Assembly (NCBI GenBank): GCA_965224025.1
Contig: OZ245033.1
Span: forward strand, 1,664,001 to 1,728,000
Length of the DNA stretch: 64,000 bases
Reading direction: 5' to 3'
Source: Candidatus Multivorans sp.
GTDB lineage: Bacteria; Acidobacteriota; Thermoanaerobaculia; Multivoradales; Multivoraceae
The position numbers and the translations under genes were made by a program. Under the pieces are notes generated by a model, which did not search any database, was not told the DNA's origin, and saw only the letters and a list, made by a program, of their open reading frames with translations. This document shows positions 26,669 through 36,885 of this stretch, piece by piece (positions within the stretch are counted from its first letter, which is position 1; each line of letters opens with the position of its first letter).

Positions 26669-27690
26669 GTCCCGTACCCTTCCGGGTTCTCGCTCTGCCA
26701 CCGCCACGCGTCGGCGCAGATGTCATCGAGATCGCGCTCCGCCTTCCAGCCCAGGTCGCGTTCGGCAAGCGCCGGATCCGCCCAGACCGCCGTCGCGTCA
26801 CCCGGCCGCCGCGACTCCACGACGCATGGCACCTCGCGGCCGCTGGCCCGGCGCACGGCCTCGATCACCTCGAACACCGTGGCGCCCCGACCGGTGCCCA
26901 GGTTGTACTCGGCGCAGTTGGCAACGGCCTGGAGATGGTCCAGGGCCCGCAGGTGCCCGCTCGCGACGTCGACCACGTGGAGATAGTCCCGGATCGCCGT
27001 GCCGTCCCGGGTCGGGTAGTCCGTCCCGAACACGCGGAGCTGCGGCATCGTGCCGACGGCGACCTGCATCGCGCTCGGCAGCAGGTTCTCGGGCAGCCCG
27101 CGCGGGTCCTCACCGATTCGGCCGCTCGGATGGGCGCCGGCGGGGTTGAAGTAGCGCAGCGACAGGATCTGCCAGCCGCTTTCTGACGCAGCGAGATCGC
27201 GCAGCATCCGCTCGACGCAGAGCTTCGTGCGCCCGTAGGGATTGGACGGCCTGAGCGGGGCATCTTCCGCCAGTGGGCAGGCGCCCGGACCCGGATCACC
27301 GTAGACAGTGGCCGATGAGGAGAACACGAGCCGGCGCACACCATGACGCCGCATTGCCCGCAGCAGACTGAGCGTGCCGCCCACGTTGGTGCGGTAGTAG
27401 CCGAGTGGATCCGCGCAGGACTCCCCGACCGCCTTCTTCGCCGCGAAGTGAATCACCGCCGCGCAGCCGCCGTCGCCAAACGCCTCCTCCAGCGCCGCGT
27501 CGTCCAGTACGTCCCCCTCGACGAAGCGGAGCCCGCGTCCGGCTAGTTCCTCAGCCCGCCGCAGAGCCTCCCGTGAGCTGTTCGAGAGATCGTCGATGAC
27601 CGTCACGTCCCAGCCGGCAGCCAGCAGTTCGACACACGTGTGGCTGCCGATGAACCCGGCGCCGCCGGTGACCAGAACGCGCTCCGCCAT
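26665..27690 (-). CDS. galE: UDP-glucose 4-epimerase
   Basis: [56 protein letters not shown]. Confidence 0.96.
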   Translation of the reverse strand: MAERVLVTGGAGFIGSHTCVELLAAGWDVTVIDDLSNSSREALRRAEELAGRGLRFVEGDVLDDAALEEAFGDGGCAAVIHFAAKKAVGESCADPLGYYRTNVGGTLSLLRAMRRHGVRRLVFSSSATVYGDPGPGACPLAEDAPLRPSNPYGRTKLCVERMLRDLAASESGWQILSLRYFNPAGAHPSGRIGEDPRGLPENLLPSAMQVAVGTMPQLRVFGTDYPTRDGTAIRDYLHVVDVASGHLRALDHLQAVANCAEYNLGTGRGATVFEVIEAVRRASGREVPCVVESRRPGDATAVWADPALAERDLGWKAERDLDDICADAWRWQSENPEGYGT

Positions 27691-28134
27691 GAGCCGGAGT
27701 CTATGGGCGGCCGCCCGGCCGGTAGACTGCAACCGAGGCGGCAACATCTCCAGACGTCGGAGCGGTGGCCAAGTGGGTCCAGAGGCGCGAGTAGCCGAGA
27801 TCGCGCGGGCTCTCGCCACGCACGATCCAGGCGCTTGTCGGCCCCTCAAGAGTCAACGTGCGGAAAGCGCGTCTCTGGAACTCAAGCGGCGGCAGCAGTG
27901 TGTCCGTCTCTGGCCCCACAAGCAGATTGGCCAATGAGGCGGCGCCGACGTCGCGACAGCCACGGAACACCCGCCGTTCAAGACGCGATGCCGCATGAGT
28001 CCCTCCCTCTAAAGAGACTACGAATCGACCGAACGACCCGTCTATGCCCTCTCCACCACCGATGGCGCCACCTCCGCCGCACATCCCACGGCGGTGCTAC
28101 GATCGCGCGCCGGATTCTGGGAGGAAACCAAGCC

Positions 28135-29115
28135 ATGCAGACACCCGTTCGAGTCGCCGTCACCGGAGCCGCCGGTCAGATCGGCTATTCCCTGATCTTC
28201 CGCATCGCCGCCGGCGAGATGCTGGGCCCGGACCGGCCGGTGAGCCTTCACCTGCTGGAGATTCCGCCGGCGATGGACGCCCTCGCGGGCGTGGTCATGG
28301 AACTCCGCGATTCCGCGTACGCGCTGCTCCACGATGTGGTGCCCACCTCGGACGCTGCCGAGGCCTTCGACGGCGTCGACATCGCGATGCTGGTCGGGGC
28401 ACGGCCGCGCGGACCGGGCATGGAGCGCAAGGACCTGCTGCGGGCGAACGCGCATATCTTCTCGGTCCAGGGCAAGGCGCTCGACCAGGGCGCCAGCCGT
28501 GACGTACGCGTGGTCGTGGTCGGCAACCCGGCCAACACGAATGCCCTGATCGCGGCCAGCAACGCGCCGAGTCTCGACCGGCGGCAGTTCACGGCGATGA
28601 CCCGGCTCGACCACAACCGGGCGATCAGCCAGCTCGCCGAGAAGACCGGCGCCCACACCGCCGATGTGCGCCGGATGACGATCTGGGGCAACCACTCGGC
28701 GACCCAGTACCCGGACCTCACGCACGCCCTCGCCTTTGGCCGGCCGGCGCCCGAACTGGTCGACGAGGCTTGGACGCGCGAGGAGTTCATTCCCACCGTG
28801 CAGCAGCGCGGCGCGGCGATCATCAAGGCCCGCGGCGCCTCGTCGGCGGCCTCCGCGGCCGCCGCGGCGATCGACCACATCCGCACCTGGGTCCACGGCA
28901 CCGCCGACGGCGACTGGGTGAGCATGGCGATCCCGGCCGACGGCAGCTACGGGGCCCGGGAAGGCGTCGTCTACTCCTTCCCGGTCACCACCAGCGGAGG
29001 CGACTACGAGATCGTCCAGGGCCTCGACATCGACGACTTCAGCCGCGGGCGGATGCAGGCGACGCTGGACGAGTTGTTCGAAGAGCGCGCCGGCGTCGAA
29101 GAATTGCTGCCGTAG
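28135..29115 (+). CDS. mdh: Malate dehydrogenase (MDH type 2)
   Basis: [47 protein letters not shown]; GGAGG RBS. Confidence 0.97.
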   Translation: MQTPVRVAVTGAAGQIGYSLIFRIAAGEMLGPDRPVSLHLLEIPPAMDALAGVVMELRDSAYALLHDVVPTSDAAEAFDGVDIAMLVGARPRGPGMERKDLLRANAHIFSVQGKALDQGASRDVRVVVVGNPANTNALIAASNAPSLDRRQFTAMTRLDHNRAISQLAEKTGAHTADVRRMTIWGNHSATQYPDLTHALAFGRPAPELVDEAWTREEFIPTVQQRGAAIIKARGASSAASAAAAAIDHIRTWVHGTADGDWVSMAIPADGSYGAREGVVYSFPVTTSGGDYEIVQGLDIDDFSRGRMQATLDELFEERAGVEELLP

Positions 29116-29207
29116 GCGCCGACCGGGACGGCTTCGGTCAGAGTGCGGGCAAGATGCCCGGGTGCCATCAGTGCGCCCGATGGCGAGCGCACTGAGTGGT
29201 TCGCGCG

Positions 29208-29235
29208 TGGCGCGGATCGCGCCACCCGGGTTCCC
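29208..29235 (-). repeat. Intergenic hairpin element, family 2, copy A
   Basis: Reverse complement gggaacccgggtggcgcgatccgcgcca resembles 31703-31732. Confidence 0.45.
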
Positions 29236-29346
29236 AGGCAGTTGGGCGGTTCTGCGAGGGAACACTTCTCGCGCTTCATCGGGTTTCCATCATGCGGCGC
29301 TATGCTCGCGCCGAGTCCCCCACTCAACCACCCCACGGAGGACACG

Positions 29347-29874
29347 ATGGACCAGACCCTCCACGCCCGTCTGAATGCACATCTGCAACTCGAGTTCGAG
29401 GCGGCCCACCGCTACCTGTCCATGGCTCTCTGGCTCGAGCGCATGGACCTGCCCGGCTTCGGCACCTGGCTGCGCGGCCAGTCCGCCGACGAACTCGGCC
29501 ACGCGCACCGCATCATCGACCACCTCGCCGACCGCGATCTCCTGGTCAGGATCCCCGAAATCCCGGCGCAGCCCACCGAGTGGGATTCGCCCGAGGCCGC
29601 TGTCGCCGCGATCCTCGACAGCGAGCAGCACGTCACCCGTGCGATTGAGGATCTCTACGATCTCTCCGAGAGCGTCCACGACCGCGCCGCGTCGATCATG
29701 CTCCAGTGGTTCATCAACGAACAGGTCGAAGAGGAGAACGTCGCCCGCACCCTGCTCGGCCGGATACGGCTGGTAGGCGGCGACGGGGTCGGTATGCTGA
29801 TGATCGACCAGGAACTGGCGAAGGGCACGGTGCCCGGCGCCATGGCGGAACCCGGCGCGACCGGCGCCGAATGA
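29347..29874 (+). CDS. ftnA: Non-heme ferritin
   Basis: E...YLSM, QSADELGHA, EQHVT, LQWFINEQVEEE ferroxidase residues. Confidence 0.9.
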   Translation: MDQTLHARLNAHLQLEFEAAHRYLSMALWLERMDLPGFGTWLRGQSADELGHAHRIIDHLADRDLLVRIPEIPAQPTEWDSPEAAVAAILDSEQHVTRAIEDLYDLSESVHDRAASIMLQWFINEQVEEENVARTLLGRIRLVGGDGVGMLMIDQELAKGTVPGAMAEPGATGAE

Positions 29875-30002
29875 CACCAGGAGCGGAATGAGGTCCGGCA
29901 GTCCGTTGCGAAATCCCGGCGCGGCGTCGAGACCGGCGCGGCGCTCGGCTGACAAGGCGCGACGAGGGAACATACCGGGCTGCATTTGACCAAGGAGCAA
30001 CG

Positions 30003-31661
30003 ATGTCAGACGAGATGAATCGCCGGTCGAATGCAAGCGGGGTTCCGCAACGGATTGCTGGAGACCAGGATCGCCAGAACCCAGCCCCGCAGGCGCCCAG
30101 CCGGCGGTACTCGAACTACGTCCTGGGCGTTCTCGTCCTGGTCTACGTCTTCAACTTCATCGACCGCCAGATCCTCTCCATCCTGGCGGAGGACATCCGC
30201 GCCGATCTGGGGATCGACGACGCCCAACTCGGCTTCCTCTACGGCACCGCGTTCGCCGTCTTCTACGCCATCTTCGGCATTCCGATCGGCCGTCTGGCCG
30301 ACATGTGGACCCGCAAGAACCTGATCTCGATCGGTCTGGCCGCCTGGAGCCTGATGACGGCGCTGTCCGGCACCGCCCGCGGGTTCGGCTCACTCGCCGC
30401 CTACCGGATCGGTGTCGGCATCGGCGAGTCGAGCGCCGGCCCAGCGGCGTTCTCGATGCTGGGGGACTACTACCCGCCGCGGCTGCGCGCCACGGTGACC
30501 GCCATCTACTCGAGCGGCGTCTACATCGGCGCCGGTCTCGGCATCCTGATCGGCGGGCAAGTCGTTGACCGATGGAACAGCGCCTACAGCGACGGCGGGG
30601 CGCCGTTCGGCCTGGTCGGCTGGCAAGTCGCCTTCTTCGCCGTAGGCCTTCCCGGACTCCTCATGGCGATCTGGGTGTGGACCCTGCGCGAGCCCGTACG
30701 GGGCCAGAGCGAGGGCATCGTCACTCCCCCGCACCCGGCACCGTTCAAGGCTCTGGGCCGCGAAACGGCCGCCATCCTGCCGCCGCTGACCGTGTTCTCG
30801 CTGTTCGGCAACGGCGGCACTCGCGCGGTCGGTTCGAACCTGCTGATCGCGCTCGGGTGCGCCGGCGGCTCCTTCCTTCTGATTCAGGTCTTCGGCAGGC
30901 CGTCGCAATGGATCGCACTCGCGATTGGCGCCTACGCTTTCTTCTCCTGGGTACAGGGACTTCGCCTGAGGGACCGGCCGACCTTCGAACTGATCTATGG
31001 CACGCGGTCCATGATCTACGGCATGGTCGGCTTCGGCTGGATCGCGTTCGTCGGCTACGGCGCCGGCTTCTGGGCGCCGACGTTCTTCCGGCGAGTTCAC
31101 GAGCAGAGCGCCGGCCAGGCCGGCCTGATCCTCGGTGTCACGGCCGCCGTCGCAGGCTGGCTTGGCGTGGCCGGCGGCGGCTACTTCTCCGACTGGATGA
31201 AGCAGCGAAAGGCGAACGCCCGGCCGCTATGCGGCGCGATCGCCGCCCTGGCTTCGATACCGCTCGGCGCCGCCTTCTTACTCGCCGAGAGCGTGACCAC
31301 AGCCTACGTCTTCAACTTCCTGTTCACGATCACCTCGGCGTGCTGGATCGGTTCCGCCGTTGCGATGGCCAACGACCTCGTGCTGCCCAGGATGCGCGCC
31401 ACGGCCTCCGCGTTTTACATCCTCACGATGACCTTCGTCGGCCTCGCCCTGGGACCTTTCCTGATGGGCTGGATGAGCGGCACGTTCGAGGCCGGCGGCG
31501 CCGACTCCGGTCGTTCCCTGCAACTGGCCATGCTGATCGGGCTCGGCGCCTACGTCTTGGGCGCGATCTTCTTCTGGCTCGCGAGCCGCACCCTGGCCGC
31601 GGACGAAGGCAGCCGGATCGAGCGCGCCCAGGCTGCCGGCGAAGTCGTCGAGGCGGCCTGA
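30003..31661 (+). CDS. MFS transporter (spinster-like)
   Basis: NFIDRQILSIL, GRLADMWTRK, RIGVGIGES, many TM helices. Confidence 0.92.
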   Translation: MSDEMNRRSNASGVPQRIAGDQDRQNPAPQAPSRRYSNYVLGVLVLVYVFNFIDRQILSILAEDIRADLGIDDAQLGFLYGTAFAVFYAIFGIPIGRLADMWTRKNLISIGLAAWSLMTALSGTARGFGSLAAYRIGVGIGESSAGPAAFSMLGDYYPPRLRATVTAIYSSGVYIGAGLGILIGGQVVDRWNSAYSDGGAPFGLVGWQVAFFAVGLPGLLMAIWVWTLREPVRGQSEGIVTPPHPAPFKALGRETAAILPPLTVFSLFGNGGTRAVGSNLLIALGCAGGSFLLIQVFGRPSQWIALAIGAYAFFSWVQGLRLRDRPTFELIYGTRSMIYGMVGFGWIAFVGYGAGFWAPTFFRRVHEQSAGQAGLILGVTAAVAGWLGVAGGGYFSDWMKQRKANARPLCGAIAALASIPLGAAFLLAESVTTAYVFNFLFTITSACWIGSAVAMANDLVLPRMRATASAFYILTMTFVGLALGPFLMGWMSGTFEAGGADSGRSLQLAMLIGLGAYVLGAIFFWLASRTLAADEGSRIERAQAAGEVVEAA

Positions 31662-31702
31662 ACGACAAGTTGCCCAACCACCTCCAAGGCCGACATCCCT
31701 CC

Positions 31703-31736
31703 GGGAACCCGGCTGGCGCGCTCCCCGCGCCAGCCG
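31703..31736. terminator. GC hairpin between convergent genes (family 2 element, possible bidirectional terminator)
   Basis: cggctggcgcg-ctccc-cgcgccagccg, perfect 11-bp stem. Confidence 0.5.
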
Positions 31737-31755
31737 TGAGCCATGCGTGTGCCCG

Positions 31756-34700
31756 TCAGCGGGCACACGCATGAAACGCCATCGCATCGGTGATTGCCGG
31801 CGCCGGGACGCCCGGCTCGTTCCGGTACTCCTTCACCACACCCGTCACCGTGTCGGTCACCTGGATCGTGTAGCCGAGGTCCGTCGTCGAGGCGCCGTAC
31901 ACCCACACGTGTCCGTTGAGTGTGCAGCCGTCCAGCACCTTGATCAGAATCTCCCAGTTCTCACGGTTGAAGAACGTGAACAGACCCGAGTCGTTCGTTC
32001 CCGCGTGGATCACGTTCCCCGCGCCGCTCTCGCCGTCCGGCTTCCGCCACTCCACAACCACCGCGTAGCGCGAATCCTGCAGGCACCGCCTCTCAGCGCT
32101 CGGCGCGCACGTCCCCGCAGGAGAACTCGACTCGACCAGGAACACCCGGGACGACCTCGACTCGCGCGCGCCGTCGCTCACCCACAGCGTCACCTCATAG
32201 AAACCCGGCTCAGACCAACTGTGCGCCAACCTGCGCAGACTCGACTCCGTGCCCTCGCCGAACTCCCAGCGACGCGACGCCGCGGGACCGGTGCTCATGT
32301 CCGCGAACTGCACCGGCTCGCCGGTTGGAGCCCGGCAAAGCTCCCGGTCGCACTGCGCGCCACTCACTTCGATCACGGCCATCGGAGGCGTGTCATCGTC
32401 CTGAATAGACACGGTCGTCTTGGCGCCGCCGTTTACACCGGACGGTAGACCGCCGAAACCAAGAATCACCGACTCGCCGAAGTCCTCCTCGCTGTCGTCC
32501 GCGGCCGTGAACTCGAAGGTCTGCGTCGTCACGCCGATGCTGAACGTCACCCGCTCAGGCACGCCCGAATAGTCCGCTTCCGACGCTCCGCCACGGTGGG
32601 TCCACACCAGCGGAATCGACACCTCGCGCTCCGGATCAGCGCTCAGAACCACCGTGACCCGAACCGACCCGCCCTCCGCCACCTCGTAGCTCGACGAACC
32701 GAACGACACAACGACCTCCAGGTCGTCGTCGATGATCGTCCCCACCACCTCCAGGGACGACACGCCGCCGGCCAGGGTGGCTTTCCTCGGATTGCGAAGC
32801 GTCAGCGTGAAGGTCTCGACCCCCTCCTCGTCGTCGCCATCGGCCGTGACCGGAACACGAATCTGTTGCGCTGACGAACCGACGGGAAACGTCAGCGTGC
32901 CCTGCGTCGCTGTGTAGTCCAAACCCGCCTTTGCTCCGACGGCGCCAGCGCCGTCCGCCGTGGCGTAGTCCACCGTCACCGCGGAGTTGCTGGACGCACT
33001 GAGGCGGACGTCGAACACCACCGCCCCAGCGCTTTCCAGAGCCTGCGCCGCCGTCACCGACACCTCCGGTGGCGGAGGAGGTGGTGGAGGTGGCGGCGGA
33101 GGAGGAGGAGGAGGAGGTGGTGGTGGTGGTGGTGGTGGAGGGCTCGCGCAGGCGACGCCGTTGCCGCCCGAACCTGTCGTCGTCCGATTCGTCACCCCCG
33201 TCACGTCGTCGAACGCGGCGTTGCCGACCAGATCGCGAAGCGGACTCGCGCTGGCCGTGTAACGCACCGCCACCTGCTCACCCGGGCCCACCGCCGCGGC
33301 AAGCGTCAACGTCGCGGTGCTTCCGGTGATATCGATCGCCGCGGCCGAAATGCACCGCTCACCACCAGCGATCTCAACCACGAAGCCGTCCGCGTCCTGA
33401 GCGGTCCGGTCCAGGTCCTCGGAGAAGGCCACAGTCAGAGCGGCGCCGTCGACGGAGGATCCAGTACCCCGCATGTTCGGCCTGATCCCATCCACCTTGT
33501 GGTCCGACTGGGTGGCCAGTTCCGGGTACGGTAGGTTGGCGGCCCGGTTCGCGATGTCCTCGATCATCCCGCCGTTCAGCGCGATCACGCCCTCCTCGAC
33601 GCTCAAGCCGTCCTCGGCCTCATCACCCACCGGAGGCGCCGGGCGGCCGAGCAGTTGGAGAACAAACACGAAGAAGGCATCCGCACCCGCGACGACCGTG
33701 TAGCTGAAGGTCAGTGCCGAAGAACCCGAGCCGCCGGTGTAGAAGGCTTCCCGGGGGCGAGAGCCCAACTTGAGAAAAACCGACGGCGCGCCGTTCGTCG
33801 TGTCCACGGTCACGTCCCGGTCGAACGTCAGCGTCACGTCGATTGCGTCGCCGCCCGCATAGGTCTGGTCCGCGCCGGGCGCCGAAGCAATCGCGACCGT
33901 CTGGACATTCGCGGCATCCGGATCGATGACGAGAGGGGGCGGCGGCGGCGTGTTGTTCTCTACATACGAAAGCGTCACCTCCAGCGCTTCGTTGCCCACG
34001 AGATCCCGAAGGGGCGTCGCGCCGGGTACGTAGGAAACCCACACGCGGTCGTCATGCTCGACCGGCGTGTCGAGCGTCAAGCTGACGACTGCACCGTTCA
34101 CGTCGACGCCGGTCACGATCCGAAAATTGTCCACGCGCCGGCCGTCCAACGAGAAGTCGGCCGGGCCCGGAATCGACGACTCGTCGAGCGCTTCGACGAA
34201 GGTGACGGTCAGCATGTCGCCGTCTACTTCCGAATGGCCACGCATCGTCGGACCGACGCCGTCCACCCTGTGGCCGGACTGCGCCACCAACTCCCCATGG
34301 GCGAGATTCGCGTTGTCATTCGTCGCGGTCCGGATCGCGGCGCCGTTCAACGCGATCCGGCCCGCCTCGATGCTCAAGCCGTCGCCGTCCTCGTCACCCA
34401 CCGCCAATCCGCTGTTCCGGTGATTGTTCAAGAAGATCGCTGCACGGGGCGGGTAACCCTCCGTCACGGCGTACCGGAAGGTCAGCGTCGCGGTGCCTGA
34501 ACCCTCACGGTAGACGGCGGGCCGGGCCAGGTGGCCAACCATCAAGCGAAGCGACGGCTCACCGTCTGTCGTGTCCACCGTCACGCTGTCGTCGAACGTC
34601 ACGGTCACGTTCACGTCATCGCCGCCGGCGTAGATTCTGTCCGATCCCGGCGTAGAACCGAGGGCAATCCCGGTAACACTGGGTCCCATCGGATCAGGGG

Positions 34701-35619
34701 CCGGCTCCGGCGCCGCCGGCGTTTCGTTCGTCACCGAGGTGCCGAGAATCGAGATCGCCGCGTTGCCCGCCGGATCCTTCAGCCATAGCGATGTCGAGTG
34801 GTTCGTGGCGAGCGACACGTCATCGCCGTGCTCCACGGCGGGGTCGAGCGTCAGGCTCACCGTGTTCCCAGTCACCGAGAGGTCGGACACGGTGCGCGCA
34901 GCGCCTCCGACCGTCACGGTCAAGAAGCTTGGCGATACGGAGGAGTCGACTTCTTCGCGATAGACCAGCGTCAGCGTAGCGCCGTGCACCACCGGGTCGA
35001 ACAACAGCCCAGGACCGACAGAGTCCACTTTGTGGCCTGACTGCGCGGTCAGCCCCGAATGGGCGAGATCGGCATCGTCGTTCGCGGCGTTCCTGATCGT
35101 GCCGCCGTTCAGCTCGATGGCGCCGGCCTCGACGCTCACGCCGTCCTCGTCCTCCTCGCCCGCCATTTGGGACTGGCCGAAATTGCCGACGAGAAGGTCC
35201 ACGACATCCTGCGGATAGGAGTTGAGATCCAACCGATACCCAAAAACCAGATCCGCGGTTCCGGAACCCCGGTCGTACTTCGCCAGACGCGTCTCATCGC
35301 CCACCGTCAGGACGATTGACGGCGTGCCGGCGGCGACATTCGCCGTCACGGTTTCATCGAACGTGACCGTCACCTCGATCGAATCGCCCTGGGCGTAGTA
35401 GCCGTCCGAGCCCGGATCCGACGTGATCCCAATGCTGCTGACGCTCGCCGCCAGCCCGATTGCCTGAATTCCGGAACTCCGGTTGTGGCTTGGGTCGGAT
35501 TGACCCGCAGCCAGCTCCGAACCGAGCAGGAAAGTCAACCCTGAGAGAAACGCCAGGAGACGCCAAGCCGGCACTCCGGCCCCACGTAGCTCGCCCAAAG
35601 CACCTCCCGTCTCGAGCAA
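31756..35619 (-). CDS. Large secreted adhesin-like protein: 3 x (Ig-like + SwmB-like) repeats, poly-Pro, Calx-beta, PKD, C-terminal 4-Cys module
   Basis: Signal-like N-terminus; three internal repeats with V-T-x-T-F-D, Y-x-x-GSG and LNG-x-x-I motifs; VTVDYATADG...DY..TQGTLTF (Calx-beta); WEFGEG...HSWSEPGFYEVTLWV (PKD); start uncertain. Confidence 0.85.
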   Translation of the reverse strand: MLETGGALGELRGAGVPAWRLLAFLSGLTFLLGSELAAGQSDPSHNRSSGIQAIGLAASVSSIGITSDPGSDGYYAQGDSIEVTVTFDETVTANVAAGTPSIVLTVGDETRLAKYDRGSGTADLVFGYRLDLNSYPQDVVDLLVGNFGQSQMAGEEDEDGVSVEAGAIELNGGTIRNAANDDADLAHSGLTAQSGHKVDSVGPGLLFDPVVHGATLTLVYREEVDSSVSPSFLTVTVGGAARTVSDLSVTGNTVSLTLDPAVEHGDDVSLATNHSTSLWLKDPAGNAAISILGTSVTNETPAAPEPAPDPMGPSVTGIALGSTPGSDRIYAGGDDVNVTVTFDDSVTVDTTDGEPSLRLMVGHLARPAVYREGSGTATLTFRYAVTEGYPPRAAIFLNNHRNSGLAVGDEDGDGLSIEAGRIALNGAAIRTATNDNANLAHGELVAQSGHRVDGVGPTMRGHSEVDGDMLTVTFVEALDESSIPGPADFSLDGRRVDNFRIVTGVDVNGAVVSLTLDTPVEHDDRVWVSYVPGATPLRDLVGNEALEVTLSYVENNTPPPPPLVIDPDAANVQTVAIASAPGADQTYAGGDAIDVTLTFDRDVTVDTTNGAPSVFLKLGSRPREAFYTGGSGSSALTFSYTVVAGADAFFVFVLQLLGRPAPPVGDEAEDGLSVEEGVIALNGGMIEDIANRAANLPYPELATQSDHKVDGIRPNMRGTGSSVDGAALTVAFSEDLDRTAQDADGFVVEIAGGERCISAAAIDITGSTATLTLAAAVGPGEQVAVRYTASASPLRDLVGNAAFDDVTGVTNRTTTGSGGNGVACASPPPPPPPPPPPPPPPPPPPPPPPPPEVSVTAAQALESAGAVVFDVRLSASSNSAVTVDYATADGAGAVGAKAGLDYTATQGTLTFPVGSSAQQIRVPVTADGDDEEGVETFTLTLRNPRKATLAGGVSSLEVVGTIIDDDLEVVVSFGSSSYEVAEGGSVRVTVVLSADPEREVSIPLVWTHRGGASEADYSGVPERVTFSIGVTTQTFEFTAADDSEEDFGESVILGFGGLPSGVNGGAKTTVSIQDDDTPPMAVIEVSGAQCDRELCRAPTGEPVQFADMSTGPAASRRWEFGEGTESSLRRLAHSWSEPGFYEVTLWVSDGARESRSSRVFLVESSSPAGTCAPSAERRCLQDSRYAVVVEWRKPDGESGAGNVIHAGTNDSGLFTFFNRENWEILIKVLDGCTLNGHVWVYGASTTDLGYTIQVTDTVTGVVKEYRNEPGVPAPAITDAMAFHACAR
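33065..33141 (-). repeat. Poly-proline linker (CCN trinucleotide run)
   Basis: ggt/gga/ggc triplets on + encode a run of more than 20 Pro on the minus strand. Confidence 0.9.
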
Positions 35620-35830
35620 GTCGGACCATCACGACGAATGCGGGGCGGAAATTCCGTGATCGTCCTCGCCAGTGTCGACCACTATAGCAGCCTGCGGGCC
35701 CCTAGGCGCGGACGTTGGCCCTCCGGGAACGGACAGTTCGATCGGTCGCCGAACCTGCGCATGGTGGCGTTCGGCACTGCGAGCCGCCGAACGGGGCTGA
35801 AGAAACCGGCCGGAAGAGTGGCCGCGCCAG

Positions 35831-36883
35831 CTACCGGTTCGGTCCGCGCTCCATCGGCACCGGCTGCCACCGCTCCAGTTCCACCCTTGGCAGCACGGTC
35901 GGGTTGACGCAGCTCATCGGCCAGCGGCCGGAGAGCGCCAAGGCCACCTCGTGGCCGACCCGCCGCCTGGTCACAGGCCGCATGCGAGTCGTGGCGGAGG
36001 CGACGTGGGGCGTCAAGATCACGTTGTCCATCGCTAGCAGAGGGTTGTCGTCAACTGGCGGCTCCAGCTCCAGCACGTCGAGCGCCGCGGCAGCGATCTG
36101 GCCGGACTCCAAGGCCTCGATCAGAGCCCCCTCGTCGACCGTCGGGCCGCGGCCGGCGTTGATCAGCACCGCGGTCTTCTTCATCGCCGCGAACTGGGGA
36201 CCCGAGAGCATGTGGCGGGTCTCCCGGTTGAGCGGCGGGTGCATCGAAAGGTAGTCGGATCGTTCCAGCAATTCGCTGAAGCTCACCGGTTCGACGCCCT
36301 CGCCCGTCATCTTCAACTCGCTGACATAAGGGTCGTGAGCGATCACGTGCATGCCGAAGGGCCTGGCGCGCCGCGCAACCGCCCGCGCCACGTTGCCGAA
36401 CGAAACGAGGCCCAGGGCCTGGCCCCACAGTCGCGGCACTTCGTTGAGCAGGGGTCGGCCATGGAACCAGTCGCCACGCCGCACCATGGAGTCCATCTCG
36501 CGCATCCGCCGGGCGCCGGCGAGCAGCAGAGCCATCGTGTGGTCGGCCACTTCCTCGATGAACACGTCGGGCACGTTCGTCACCACGATCCCGGCCTCGG
36601 TCGCCGCCTCGACGTCGACCATGTCGACGCCGACACTGCCGACGCCGATCACGATGCACTCGTCGAGTCCGGCGATCACCGAGCGCGTGACGCGGAAGCC
36701 CCAGGAGGTGATGATGGCAGCAGCGTCGGAAGCCTCGGCCAGAAAGTCCTCTTCCGTCTTCGCCGAGACCTCGACCAACTCGGCTACCGCCAGCAGGGCC
36801 TCCAACTCGAAGGTGCAACGCGTCTCCACCGACGCCGCCTTGGCAATGCCGGGAAGTTGCACGACGACCTTCTGCTTTTTCAC
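35831..36883 (-). CDS. D-2-hydroxyacid dehydrogenase (CtBP-like)
   Basis: VGVDMVD, VTNVPD..EEVADH, LINAGRG, LDVLE.EP, ILTPHVA; AGGAGG RBS before GTG 36883. Confidence 0.9.
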   Translation of the reverse strand: MKKQKVVVQLPGIAKAASVETRCTFELEALLAVAELVEVSAKTEEDFLAEASDAAAIITSWGFRVTRSVIAGLDECIVIGVGSVGVDMVDVEAATEAGIVVTNVPDVFIEEVADHTMALLLAGARRMREMDSMVRRGDWFHGRPLLNEVPRLWGQALGLVSFGNVARAVARRARPFGMHVIAHDPYVSELKMTGEGVEPVSFSELLERSDYLSMHPPLNRETRHMLSGPQFAAMKKTAVLINAGRGPTVDEGALIEALESGQIAAAALDVLELEPPVDDNPLLAMDNVILTPHVASATTRMRPVTRRRVGHEVALALSGRWPMSCVNPTVLPRVELERWQPVPMERGPNR

Positions 36884-36885
36884 GA

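Noticed and set aside
27691-28134. 444-bp galE-mdh intergenic region as an ncRNA or small gene
   Set aside because: No recognisable RNA motif or credible ORF by eye; an Rfam/Infernal search would be needed.
33065-33141. GGT/GGA microsatellite as a phase-variation tract
   Set aside because: It is a trinucleotide run encoding poly-Pro; slippage would keep the frame.
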